A stretch of DNA of 63,864 nt, the filler included, from Octopus bimaculoides (Eukaryota), in NCBI RefSeq assembly GCF_001194135.2. It is 6 parts of 6 records of this genome, joined end to end, with 100 filler letters (N's around TTAATTAATTAA, not from the genome) between each part and the next. Parts side by side here need not be neighbours in the genome. Positions count along the whole stretch, not along the records: positions 19,864 to 39,937 come from NC_068998.1; 5 more parts are not named here. One strand, 5' to 3'. The translations under genes and the position numbers were made by a program. A model generated the notes under the pieces. It did not search any database. It worked only from the letters and a program-made list of their open reading frames with translations, and had not been told where the DNA came from. This document shows positions 23,647-37,500 of the stretch, one piece after another. The stretch's first letter is position 1; the number at the start of each line of letters is the position of its first letter.

Positions 23647-25559
23647 ATCGATTGGGCCCCCCCATCCCCCAAAATTTCGGATTTGAAAAAGAAATGAATA
23701 TATTTCGCTCCAAGTCCCCCTGAAATAGTTAAACAAAATATAAATATAAATCGGGATAGTTGAAATTATTATCCATGGCGAATGAAGACAAAACTCATTT
23801 ATCACCAAGTCTTTCAAGACAATCTGAAAATGCATAAAGCAAATGGTATGCAATTTTAAAATCAATTCCGTGTTTTTGTATGTGGTTAAAAAACAACAAC
23901 AACAACAACAACAACATTAAAACGTCATCTGGATGAGAGGAATACAGACTAGTTTAATAAGATGATGGATTAAGCCATCAAAGAAAGAGTATAAGATTTA
24001 TAGTTAATACAAATAAACTGACTCGCGTATAACTTAAATAAGAGATTTATAACACGAAGGATTTCCATTTTATAGTCATTTGTTCGTGGACAGCGATGTA
24101 TGAGAGAGAGAGAGAAAGAGAGAGAGAGTGAGAGAGAGAGAGTGCGTGGAAAGAGAAGTGAAGAATGGGTACTTTGAAAAACGAATTAATGTGATTTGAA
24201 AAACTAATTTGAATAGTAACAACATTATTACTGCCATTAATGCAATTTCTAAACCAACGATGGCATCCAGTTTTGTATTAATATTGGAGAGAAACATTAG
24301 CAAATTAGACACAATAGATCTCTAAATGAGAAATCTGTTAATTGAGCCGTGATATATACTGACGCAAGTCAGTCTTTACAATGATTGCATCAGCTCAAAA
24401 GAGGAAAGAAGCAGTGGTTATACTGAGCATTACAGAGAAACAGTGTAAGCTGTATGTAACTGTATAATTCCCATAAAACGCTGTTGTGTGTCATTGTGAT
24501 GTATGATGGAAAGCCAAAGGCAATAAGTCACGAATCGGAAAAGTAATGAATTGAAATTCTCGCTAGAAATTAGATTAGATTTGCTAAAATGTAAAGCTAA
24601 AATGTAAAGTTATTATAGCAATTAAACGGAAATAAATATACAAGATATGGATCCAATACGAACAAGGAAGTCTGAACATGGTTACTCGACCTGTCAGAAC
24701 AAATAGTAGCTAAAATCCCTCAAATCACAGCCTAGCAATGCCCAATGTATATATGTATATATAGAATTGTGATGAACTATAACCTCGGACCCTGCCACAA
24801 GAATATGCGGAGCTCTTTACTAATCTAAACAATATTGTTAGCCTGGTGTGCCAACAGAGAACTAATGAAGTGTTTTGCAAAAATTTCTAAGACCAATCAC
24901 GTGATCATTCTCTACTGATCAAAATATATCAATATCTATTTAATTGAAGTCATTTTCTCTCTACAAAAAATGTGAAATTTCGAACTCCAGTCAGAAGCAA
25001 GACAGTAGCAGCGTAGCCCCACGTCTTTCCATCTCAATTTAAGAAAATCAAAAAAAAATCTACGAAACGGGTTGAGCATTCAAATATCAACCATCTCAAA
25101 AATTCCCACTGAACTTCTCCCCTCGGGAAGGAGGAGTTAATACAAACTGGTCAACCCCGGAATTTACAAATACTAGGAAAACTAAGAAATAACACCATCT
25201 TAGTTGTTGAATGGAAATATTATGGTATGTGTTAAGGAATGCTTCTATCATTCCATTAGTAATTGACGCTGGATTAATACACAGCCATTTTCATAAAGAC
25301 ATTGACAAGTTACCTGTAACGATAGACAGCCAGATTCTAGAAAATAGCAGTGCTAGTAGAATCAGTAAATATTGTTAGTGCATTCTCATACAGCATTTGA
25401 TCATAAAAATTCTTATTGATACTTAACATCTTCGTTAATCATGAATACGTTTATGCATGTTGTCAAAGACGTACCTAATTTTCAAACCATGGACAAAAAG
25501 ATAATAAATATGGTTGAGAAAATTTGGGTGTCTGCTGATGGATACTGCGTAAGTGATGT

Positions 25560-26075
25560 ACTATTGTCGGTTTCGGCTGGAAGCTTATTTAGCGATTTTT
25601 ACTGCGCTTTGATTAATCTACATGAGATTTGTATTGCTAATACGTACACTAATTGCTAATTGGTAGTCATGAAATTCGGTTAAGAAAAATGCATTAAAGT
25701 AAAAAAAGCCAAAACAGAACAGTGATATCTTAGATAAAAAAAATAGTCAATTGTAATAGAATTGGACTAATGACTCTTACAAATACTTCAGAATCAAAGA
25801 ACCAGACAGTAGACGACACACACAGACGAAAGAAGAGATTAGGAAGTAATATTAGAGTCGCATTAAATGAATACTTTAAGCAGATCTAAATGCTATAAAT
25901 GAAACAAAGATACCACTACGATAAGCTATTCCAGGAAAAAAGTCTTTAAGTTATAATATTATCAAATGAAGACTGAGTGAATTAGCAAGACTAGACGAGA
26001 AAACAAAGAAGATGGCGATTGCATTTGAAATATTAAAAGCCGACAAATATATTATATTTACTACAACTACAGAGA
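25560..26075 (+). mobile_element. R4/Dong-like non-LTR retrotransposon, RT C-terminal remnant
   Basis: MKFG*EKCIK, SYKYFRIKEPDSRRHTQTKEEIRK*Y*SRI, SYNIIK*RLSELARLDEKTK; resembles the MKFGL.KC, YKYLG and LD.KTRK motifs; heavily decayed. Confidence 0.6.
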
Positions 26076-26199
26076 AGATATTGCAGTGGTTCTAAAATAG
26101 AAAAGAACATCAACTACTCCACCACATATTAGTGAAATAATTTGCTTATATATCACTCTTTATTAACGAGAAGACAGAGTTTGCTTTCACATAATTAAC

Positions 26200-26525
26200 T
26201 GACTCTCTGTCGGTTACGATGACAAGGGTTCCAGTTGGTCAAATTAACCAAACGGCCTACTCGTGAAGTTAATGTACAAGTGGTTGAGCACTCTACAGAC
26301 ACACATACCATTAACGAAGGTTTCATTGAGATTTAGTAGACAGAGAATATGACAAGACAGGCCCTTTGAAATACAGGCACTATTCATTTTTGCCAGCTGA
26401 ATGGACTGGAGTAACGTGAAATAAAATGCCATGTTCAAAGACACAACGCGCTGCCAGGAATCGAACTCACGACGTTACGATCTTGAGCCGAATACCCTAA
26501 CCACTAAGCCACGCGCCTTCACTCA
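26200..26525 (-). mobile_element. tRNA-head SINE (family C)
   Basis: Reverse complement begins GGCGCGTGGCTTAGTGGTTAGGGTATTCGGCTC...GAGTTCGATTCCTGGC (A/B boxes), followed by a SINE body. Confidence 0.7.
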
Positions 26526-27891
26526 TCATATCGTACTTCTTTCTTCGCAAAGGTGTTGGATAAGTTTAAAGTATTTAAAACCATCGATATTTTATAAAAC
26601 ATGGCAATTGTCGCGACCTTTCTTTAATCCTATTGAAGTTAGTATGTAATGTGTCAGACAAAATATCACTAAGTATGGTTTCTGTCACTGTAATGGTCCT
26701 GATTCCGCCAGTTCACCGTCCTTGTTGTTTCTGGTTTAGTTACAAACCTCAATTATCATGGATGTCATTAGGACCTGCATGATAATTTTCACTCCGTCCG
26801 TCCACATGTTGCAGGTCACCTCCATGTTCAAGCATATGTCAATAATGTTGCGCAAAGGTAACCAAAAGCTAGTGGCCGACATCCGTGTCATTGTCCTGAC
26901 GCCGTCATCACCATGTTCCCGATACCTATGTAATGTGACACCTAACTGTGCTCAGGTATGTTTAGCTAAGGGACCAAAGCCCAAGAATCAACGTCCGTGC
27001 CAATAATTCTAGTCTATGGTCATCATATTCTTGTGACCTGCGTAATATGGCACCTGACAGTGGCCAGAAGTGTCTCACCGGCTCTAAACGTCTCTTCACC
27101 TCATTGTTAGCCTTACACCCTATAAACACGCTTCCAAACAGTCAGCTTCGCTCGGTAGAGCACACATGATATCATATATCGATCAAGGTTTATTTTAACA
27201 CCTTTTCCAAGAACACGTGAAGGTTCCTCTTTTTACTCCCACCCCTGAAGTATGCCACATTCCACGAGGCCTTTTCTTGGTAAAATTTGTCAAACAAAAA
27301 CGTCACTGTTCTTTCTAACATACCCGGCTACTTTCTCCTTCTTTTCCTGGAACTGGTTCGAGTAGAAACTCACCTTAAAATGTCGTACGACTCGGCTTTA
27401 GACGTTACTGATATATTTTCCATTAAAGTAATTTTTGGCATCTCAACTACAGAGACTCAAGAGCTACAAATTACTGAAGCGGTAAATTGCTTGAAGGAAC
27501 TATTAGTGGGTGATAATCGAATTAGTGAAATTGGCCAAAAGTCTTTGAATGCAAAATGTTTCCTTTATTCGAATAAGCAAAAGTTATAAATGACAGAATT
27601 TTGATGTTGGTGTTGATGTCGTTGTTGTTGCAGTTTGCTGTCCATACTGCTTTTCTTATTCAAATCAATAGATTCAACATTAATTGTTTTTGAATCTTCT
27701 ATCGAACAATTTATACCTCATCCAGTTAGCGAATTTGCAGAATCGTTAGAGAATTGGCTGAAATATGTTTAAAATTTTGTTCCGATTTCAAATCCTGCTA
27801 GGGCCAACTTTGCCTTTCATCTCTCTAGAGGTTGGCAACAAACCCTTCCCCTCAAAATTGTTAGCGTTGTGCTTAAACCAGAAACAATTAA

Positions 27892-27953
<62 letters not shown>

Positions 27954-27959
27954 GTAGTA

Positions 27960-28140
27960 GTAGTATTGTCAAGGCGGTACGCTGGTAAAATTATTACCGG
28001 GTCAGACAAAATGCTTAGAGGCATTTCGTCAGTCTTTAAGTTCTGAGTTCAAATTCCGCCGAGGTCGACGTCACCGTTCATCCCTTCACGGTCCATAAGA
28101 CTAGTACCAGTTGCATACTGAGGTCGTTGTGCCAAAATAT
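27960..28140 (+). mobile_element. tRNA-head SINE family A
   Basis: GAGTTCAAATTCCGCCGAGGTCGAC...TACCAGTTGCATACTGAGGTCG. Confidence 0.7.
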
Positions 28141-29000
28141 GAAACTATTACGAATAACAATGAGAATAAACCCCTATATATCTTTTCCAAACTAAAATAC
28201 AATATGCATAAACAGTAAAAAAAAAACCCAAAAGACAAAACAAACCAATACTATAAAACAACTAATATCTGGAGAGTGAAACAAAGAGAGTCAGGTGGGA
28301 TGGTGGCGGCGATGGGGTGGGGGGTGAGGATTGGTTAGATATTTCGGATGTTACCGATTAAATATCACCATCCATATCTAATGGACTACTTGAAATAACT
28401 TGATGGAAATACTTGTTTAATGCGTTGTTGTAGATGCGATTTTAGAAACTCATGCTTCAGCGAAGAAGAGGTGTTCCTCTTTTATGCACACTTCGGTGGA
28501 TACACACATATATATATATATAATATANNNNNNNNNNNNNNNNNNNNNNNNNNNNNNNNNNNNNNNNNNNNNNNNNNNNNNNNNNNNNNNNNNNNNNNNN
28601 NNNNNNNNNNNNNNNNNNNNNNNNNNNNNNNNNNNNNNNNNNNNNNNNNNNNNNNNNNNNNNNNNNNNNNNNNNNNNNNNNNNNNNNNNNNNNNNNNNNN
28701 NNNNNNNNNNNNNNNNNNNNNNNNNNNNNNNNNNNNNNNNNNNNNNNNNNNNNNNNNNNNNNNNNNNNNNNNNNNNNNNNNNNNNNNNNNNNNNNNNNNN
28801 NNNNNNNNNNNNNNNNNNNNNNNNNNNNNNNNNNNNNNNNNNNNNNNNNNNNNNNNNNNNNNNNNNNNNNNNNNNNNNNNNNNNNNNNNNNNNNNNNNNN
28901 NNNNNNNNNNNNNNNNNNNNNNNNNNNNNNNNNNNNNNNNNNNNNNNNNNNNNNNNTATATATATATATATCATTATCTATCTGTCTATCTATCTATCTG

Positions 29001-29068
<68 letters not shown>

Positions 29069-30766
29069 TTATATATATGTATGTATGTATACATGTAAAT
29101 AGCGGTGCCCCAGCATGGCCACAGTCTCCGGCTGAAACTAGTACAAGAATAAAAGAACCCCCCACACACATACACACATACACGTACACACATACACGTA
29201 CACACATACACGTACACACATACACGTACACACATACACGTACACACACATACACGTACACAAACACATATGCACACATATTACAACTGCATACATAGCC
29301 ACACGATTATATTAGTTTCACAAAACTGTGAATTGCATTAAAGCAGAAAAGTATTCAATTCTGTATCGTAGAGATGATTTTTAGTATTTTTTCAACTGTG
29401 GACCGGGGACGAGAGATTTGGAAGAGCGACTCAAACTCACTCGTCTTTGAATAGACGATGTAATGCATACCAAATATACATTACATTACACACTTGCACA
29501 GATTAGATTAGATAGCATACATACACTCAGAAATACATACATACATGCGCTACATATATACATTCCACTCCATTCCATGCATTGATATACAAACGCGCAC
29601 ACACACATAATATATAAATGAGTACATAAATACATACACACATTGTCTAATATACAAACGTAAACATATACATTACATTGCATATATATATATATATATA
29701 TATACATATACATCTCTCTCTCTCTCTCTGTATATNNNNNNNNNNNNNNNNNNNNNNNNNNNNNNNNNNNNNNNNNNNNNNNNNNNNNNNNNNNNNNNNN
29801 NNNNNNNNNNNNNNNNNNNNNNNNNNNNNNNNNNNNNNNNNNNNNNNNNNNNNNNNNNNNNNNNNNNNNNNNNNNNNNNNNNNATATATACATACATTAT
29901 ATACATACACACATACATAGCTACGTACAAAAGATTACATATATAGATTACATACACGCTATACATACATACAATTTTCCAAATCCAATCTATTAGTCGC
30001 AATATGAAGATTTGTAAGACATTCCCAAAATTCTCCATGTGAGAATTCTATGTGTACAGACAGTTCAACCAACATACTAACTCAATCACATATTTACAGA
30101 CACCGGGAACTCTAACTTAAAAAGTCTTGCTGCTTTTTTAGCAACCGGTTTCAACTCTCTCTCTCTCTCTCAAAAAAAAAAAAACAACAACAAAAAAACT
30201 TAAACTGAAAGAAAAAATATACATAGATATATATAATTTTTGCACAGTTATCAATAAATAATTGCTTGAAAATTAATTACGAAGTCGGGTGTTTTGTCAA
30301 TAGAACCCATCATTGGGTGAAGCATTAGTAGATGGTTCTGCTTTAATCCCGTGATCGATCTTATCTCTGGCATTGTTGTCAGACATCTGATTCGTCATCT
30401 AGTTAGTTGTGCTACTAACGATGACATCCGTTCCTTTTGTCGGATAGATTGACGTACGCAGTGATTTGAAAGCGGTCACCAGAAATTTTGTTATATGGTG
30501 ACTCACTGAGATGAGTTCGGTTCTTTTGTTCTAGATTGGGTTGAGATGATGGCTGCTGGGCGCATTGTTTGAAGTAAAGTTGTAACTTCGATGTTTGGAT
30601 AATACTCCAACCGTCTATGTGCACGTTTGTCACTTTGCGTTCCAAACTAATTAGATCTGCACACATCGCATCTCTTCCATCGTCATTGCATTTTTGGTAG
30701 ATCCAATGACAACTGAGGTCATCTATACGTCACTGGATTGTACACACACACACGTTTCTGTCTCTT

Positions 30767-30797
<31 letters not shown>

Positions 30798-31132
30798 TAC
30801 ATACACATAGTAATAATTCGTAAGAGTGTTAAATTGTCAGAATCGTTAGGGCGTTAGACAACATTCTTTGAATTATTTCTTCCAGTACTTTTATGTGAGC
30901 ACAAACTACATATACACGTATTTGCATACGTTTGTAGCCATATATATATATACACAATATACACGCACACATGTACATAGATACATACATACAGACACAC
31001 ACACACTCGCACACACAAACGTATACGTATAGTTATAATTGCATACGTAATTATACCTACACACACCAAATTTACATATACAAACATACGCATGCATGTA
31101 GTGTTCGCTAGATTTTAAAACAAATGTCACGC

Positions 31133-31163
<31 letters not shown>

Positions 31164-31165
31164 GC

Positions 31166-31199
<34 letters not shown>

Positions 31200-31429
31200 G
31201 CAACAGCAACAATTATGAAATGAGATCACGACTTACTGAAACATTTGTGTTAAGGTAGTTTTTCGCCATCTCAGCTGGAGAAATACAAGAACTTCGAACT
31301 ACCAAACGGTTGGATTGCTGAAAGGTTCTATTAGTTGTCGATAATGGAATTAGTGAGATTGACCAAAAGTCCTCGAGTCAAAGAACTGTTTTCAGTAAAA
31401 GTTTGAAATGTTAAAAGAAAGTACGATGA

Positions 31430-31970
31430 TTGAGAGAGAGAGGGGGGGAATGATTCAGAGGGAGGGTAAGAGAGAGTGCAAGTGTGTGTGTGAAAGAGGG
31501 GCAGGGAGAGAGAGATAGTGTGTGTGTAAGAGAGTTTTTGTGAGGAAGAGAGAGAGAGAAGGAAAGAAAAAGTGAGAGAGAGAGAGAGAGAAAGAAAAGT
31601 AAGAGAGAGAGAAAGGAAGTGAGAGAGAGAAAGAAAGAAAAGTGAGAGAGAGAGAGAAAGGAAAAGTGAGAGAGAGAAAGAAAAAGTGAAAGAGAGAAAG
31701 AAAAAGTGAGAGAGAGAAAGAAAAAGTGAGAGAGAGAAAGAAAGAAAAGTGAGAGAGAGAGAGAAAAAGGAAAAGTGAGAGAGAGAGAGAAAGAAAAAAA
31801 TGAGAGAGAGAAAGAAAAAGTGAGAGAGAGAGAGAGAGAGAAAGAGAGAAAGAGAAGAAAGGGGAGAGGAGAGAGAATAAGAGAGAGATTAGAGAGAGAA
31901 AGAAAAAGGGAGAGACAGAAAGAATGAGAGAAAGCAAATCAGAGATAGAAAAAGAGAAAATGAGGGCAAG

Positions 31971-32006
<36 letters not shown>

Positions 32007-32238
32007 TGAGGGAATGAAACTGAGACAGAGAGAGGGAGAAAGGAAGTGAGAAAGAGAGAAGGAGAGTTTGAGAAAGAGTGAAAGAGAGGGAGAGAGAGAA
32101 AGAGAGGGAGAGAGAGAAAGAGAGATTGAGAGAGAGTAAGGGATAAACGGGGAAAAAAGAGAGAGAGAAAGGGCGAGAAGGAGGGAAAAAGAAAAAAAGG
32201 AAGTGAGAGAAAAACAAAACCAAAGAGACATAGAGAGT

Positions 32239-32272
<34 letters not shown>
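31430..32272. repeat. long purine-rich (GA)n / GAGAGAGAAAGAAAAAGT compound repeat
   Basis: Direct inspection; ~18-bp unit reiterated in 31560-31850. Confidence 0.9.
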
Positions 32273-32274
<2 letters not shown>

Positions 32275-32857
32275 TGACATATTTAAACGAAACATTGACT
32301 GTGGCTGACATCTTTCTCGTCAGATTCAATCGCGTCGTCACTTGATTATATACGCAAAAGATCGTATCACCGTGAGATATTAAATTGTTTTCTACCACGG
32401 AATAGAGGATGCGATGATTAAGTGATGCGGTTCAAACTGAGATGAACCTTTCTCTGACTATACTTTTGTTGAAATGCGCTGCCTTTGTTTCAATTAATTT
32501 TGAAAATAATGAAAAGTTTAATAACATAACTTGTCATTATTAAGCTAGTATTTCCAGCTCTTTACGTGCCAACTTCAAATCCCACCGAGATTAACTTTGC
32601 CTTTCATCAATTGGAAATCGATAAAATAAATTACCAGTCAAATACTGGGGTCGATGTAATTGAATTTCGCCTCCTCTCAAAATTGCAAGCCTTGTGACAA
32701 AAATCAAACAGAATTATTAAGCTAGTATTAATGACTTGTAAGGTATTTCGTTATGCAACCAAAATATACTATAGAGTATAGTAAACGATTTTATAAGTCA
32801 ATACCATGTTCTACTGTGTTAGCAGTGCTCTTAAATCACATGTTAAGGTCATCTCTA

Positions 32858-33176
32858 CAGATTTTCCATAAAAATTATTGCCAGCACTGATTTTTGTTAC
32901 GACGTTTCGCATCCGAGACGTCAGATGTAAATAAACAATGAGATCGAAAATGAAAAAAAAGGTCACGGGCGTATATGCCATAATTCGAGAGTTTTTGTTC
33001 CTTCACTGTATTTAGTGGCTATTTAATCAATGTGTTCATGGATGATTAAAGGCGCTGATGAAAGGGCAAAAACTCCAGAAATGTGCATATATGCATTACT
33101 TGTCTACATCTGACGTCTCAGATACGAAACATCGTAGCAAAAATCAGTGCTGGCTGAAATTTCTATATAATAACTG
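32858..33176. mobile_element. Tc1/mariner-type MITE with ~85-bp TIRs and TA TSD
   Basis: TA|CAG...GCCAGCACTGATTTTTG.TACGA.GTTTCG.ATC.GAGACGTCAGATGTA mirrored at 33095-33176, ending CTG|TA. Confidence 0.8.
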
Positions 33177-34925
33177 TAGGTAGAGTGTTAACAAGTAATA
33201 TTAAGCTAGTGTTTCCGGCGTTTTACGTTCTGGGTTCATACTCTACTGAAATCGACTTTGCCTTTCATCATTTCGAAGTAGATAAAATGAACATTGGGGT
33301 GGATGTAAGTGACTAGAATCCCTCCCCCACAACTTTCGGGTTTTGTGCCAATTATGGAAAGAGTTATTACGTAAGAGTAAGGCGGTCTGCTCGCAGAATC
33401 ATTTAATCGTCGAAAGAAAAAAAAAATGCCCAGCGGCATTTTCCGGCACATTACGTTGTGAGTTCAAATTCTGCCGATGTTGACTTTGGTTTTTAATAAT
33501 TTCAGAGTAAATGAAAGCACTGAGTCGATGTAATCGTCTAACTCACTTTCCCTAAAATTACTGACCCTGCACCCAAATTTGAAGCGATTGTTATTTTAGC
33601 CAGGGTTTAGAATTTAAATACATAGAATTTTGATGGACGGTTTTAATTTAGATAATTTTAAAACACAAAGCTTGTAGCAAAGAAAACCTGGAGCGGTTTC
33701 GGGTGGGTTGGTACCAGAAGGCTTAACGCTTCTGTTTCTGTATTTCTTCTGAAGCACACTGCTTTTGTTTCAATTAATTTTGAAAACAATGAACAGTAAC
33801 GAAAACAACTTAGTCATTATTAATTTGATGATTGAAACATAAATCAAGGTGGATGGGAGGTTCTAATTTAAAACAGGAAATGTGTACCATTAAAGCGGAG
33901 GCGGTTTCAGGCGAAATGCTATATTTAACCATTTTGTTACCAAATTTATGTTGAGATATTCTGCTTATGTTTTTGTTAATTTTTGGAAATATTGAAGGAT
34001 CTAGCAAAATAATTTTGTCATTACTTAGCTGGTGTTTGGAATTTAAATTTACATAAAATTTACATAAGCTTTTACATAAGGTTTAAATTTACATAACATT
34101 TACATGATTTTAATTTAGATCTCTTTAAAACAGAAAGTGGTATTCAATTGCGTTCCCTTACATCATTGTTTGTTTCGACTTTTACTGCCCTTTACGTAAC
34201 TGAAGCGTACTCTTGGGCGTATCAACTCTGCTTGCTTGATCTGCTTGAAAAAACTGCCTGATCTCTCTCAAATCCCGCTACATTGCCAATAAAATCAGAA
34301 ATACACTGAATAAAAACAAGCGGAATGGTCATGTCTGGATCACTTTTAATCATAAATTTTCTTGATTATTGTTGGCTTTGAGCAAAACAATGATAAAAAC
34401 AAGATCGATAAAGTAAGAATCAATCTACAGCTCGAGTGAAATCCTTCTCTAGAAATATGGAAGATATAAATAAACTTTCTACTTATTAACTTCTTTTGTA
34501 AGACCAGTTAATTCCTAATAAGTAACAATTTTTATCGAACTACTTCTTTATATAGACATATATGTCTATATAATGCGTTAATGAACAAAGACATGCACTT
34601 AATGAATAGACGTGATCAATGAAGCAAATGTCTTGTACATAATTAAGCAAAAGATATTGTTTCGTTTATGATAAATCTCTTTATATTTATTACGCCTCAT
34701 TACTCTTGATATTAAATTGAATTACTTCAATAATTGATAGTTTGAAAATTCATATTTCGTTTAGGCTCAAGTATGGTCGTCTGCTTTAAAAGCTCGTGTC
34801 TGCTATTACTCTTCTACAGCCTCAGGTAGACCAATATCTTGAGAGTGGAATTTGGTAAACAGAATGCGGAAGCACGTCACATATACATAAATATATATAT
34901 ATACACGTACACATATATATATACA

Positions 34926-34983
<58 letters not shown>

Positions 34984-36538
34984 GTATGTATCTGTATGTG
35001 TATATATATTTATACATACATTATGAGAATTAAGAAACTTCGTGAGACAAACTATATTTGTAACGGTAGAACTGAAAATAGATAAAGCTATTAACAATCT
35101 TTGCTACTAAAAGCACAAAAAACTGGGATTTTAGCGGAGAGCGATTGTCGATTACATCAACTCCAGGTCTCAACTGGTACTTTTTTTCATTGACCTCGAA
35201 AGGACAAAAGGTAATTGACAATCAATGTTGGTGTATCTCTACGTCCCCGTAACTTAGCGGTTCGATGAAGGCGACTGATAGAATAAGGACAATGGCTTAC
35301 AAAGTATAAGTCCTGGGGTCGATTTGTCAAATGACTGAAACAAATAAAAGAATAAAAGAATACATGTATATAGTGGAAGTTTCAAGAATTCCTTGGCATT
35401 ATCATTAGAATGAAATAATAATAAAGACATGTTTGCGTGCTTTGTAGTAACTTACCAAGGATCATAGGAATACTGTTATAACTGATAAAATCATCAGCGC
35501 CAGATTAAGACTTTTACAGCGTTTCATTCCAGGTAGAATTGATGATGAATTTTACGTGTGATGTATGTGTTGGGGTTTCGGTTTGTGTCTTGCTCTCAGT
35601 AAAGCTTCCAAATACTATCAAGTATATACAGTGTTTTACGCATATATGTACATATGTATGGTTTATGTATCTATGTCAATGTTCATAATGTTGCTGTTTT
35701 TGTTTTTTGTTTTGTTCAAAACATTGGATATTTTCCCATTTGATAACTGAATAAAAATTATTCATTTGTTCAGCTGTCAAGTATACGACATCCCTTCACG
35801 TGATTTTCTTTTTCCTTTTATTTATTTCTTGTTTTGTTTCCAAACAAACAAGAACTAATGAACTAAAACAAACACACATTTACAACCATTTCTGCAGGCA
35901 TTGTATGAATACAAATGAAAGGAAATCTCCAAGGAAAGAATTCATAATTTAACGGAAAGTTGAAATGTTATTTCAGATTCTACACGCAACGCTGAAGAAC
36001 GAAGAGACTCAAAGATGAGGACAAATGATGTGTTCGTCTGTCAGATAAATNNNNNNNNNNNNNNNNNNNNNNNNNNNNNNNNNNNNNNNNNNNNNNNNNN
36101 NNNNNNNNNNNNNNNNNNNNNNNNNNNNNNNNNNNNNNNNNNNNNNNNNNNNNNNNNNNNNNNNNNNNNNNNNNNNNNNNNNNNNNNNNNNNNNNNNNNN
36201 NNNNNNNNNNNNNNNNNNNNNNNNNNNNNNNNNNNNNNNNNNNNNNNNNNNNNNNNNNNNNNNNNNNNNNNNNNNNNNNNNNNNNNNNNNNNNNNNNNNN
36301 NNNNNNNNNNNNNNNNNNNNNNNNNNNNNNNNNNNNNNNNNNNNNNNNNNNNNNNNNNNNNNNNNNNNNNNNNNNNNNNNNNNNNNNNNNNNNNNNNNNN
36401 NNNNNNNNNNNNNNNNNNNNNNNNNNNNNNNNNNNNNNNNNNNNNNNNNNNNNNNNNNNNNNNNNNNNNNNNNNNNNNNNNNNNNNNNNNNNNNNNNNNN
36501 NNNNNNNNNNNNNNNNNNNNNNNNNNNNNNNNNNNNNN

Positions 36539-36596
<58 letters not shown>

Positions 36597-37003
36597 CTCT
36601 CCATTGTCCTTGTGTCCTGCTTTACTTCCGTCTATCTTCCTCCTGCATTCTCCCTCCCTCTACCAATTGCCTATCTCCTACCCCTCTTCGTCCTTCACTC
36701 TCCACCTCTCTCACCCCCTCTCTCTTTCCTTTCATCTCTTACTACAACCCTTTCAACGCTACCACAATGACACTATGACATTGTCTTCCGAACGTCTTAC
36801 ATGCAGAAACACTATATTTTCAAGTGAGATCTCAAGACTTCATTTCACAGAAATTCTTCCATTCAATATGTCTTCCCAAACAGGAAGTCTGTAAATCTAT
36901 GTATTAGCCATCATCAAGAATACAAGCAGCAACGTTTGTTTTTCGCAATAATGCTCGATTATTCTCAGAATTCAATGGCCCGCCACTGCTGCTGCTGCTG
37001 CTG

Positions 37004-37101
<98 letters not shown>

Positions 37102-37118
37102 ACTGCACCTCCTCCGTC

Positions 37119-37171
<53 letters not shown>

Positions 37172-37188
37172 TTCTTCTTCTTCTTCTT

Positions 37189-37269
<81 letters not shown>

Positions 37270-37500
37270 TAGGTGGAGAGCTGGCAGAATCGTTAGCGCG
37301 CCGGGCAAAATGCTTAGCAGCACTATTTTCTGAGTACAAATTGTCACTATTTTCTTAGTTCAAATTCCGCCGAAATCGAATTTGCCTTTCATCCTTTCGG
37401 GGGTCGATAAATTAAGTACCAGTGACACATTGGGGCGGTGTAATCGACTGGTTCTCTCCCTCCAAATTTCAAGCCTTGTGCCTTTAGAAGAAAGGATTAT
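37270..37500 (+). mobile_element. tRNA-head SINE family A, near full length
   Basis: GGTGGAGAGCTGGCAGAATCGTTAGCGCGCCGGGC...GTTCAAATTCCGCCG...GCCTTTCATCCTTTCGGGGGTCGATAAATTAAGTACCAG; ATT tail. Confidence 0.85.
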
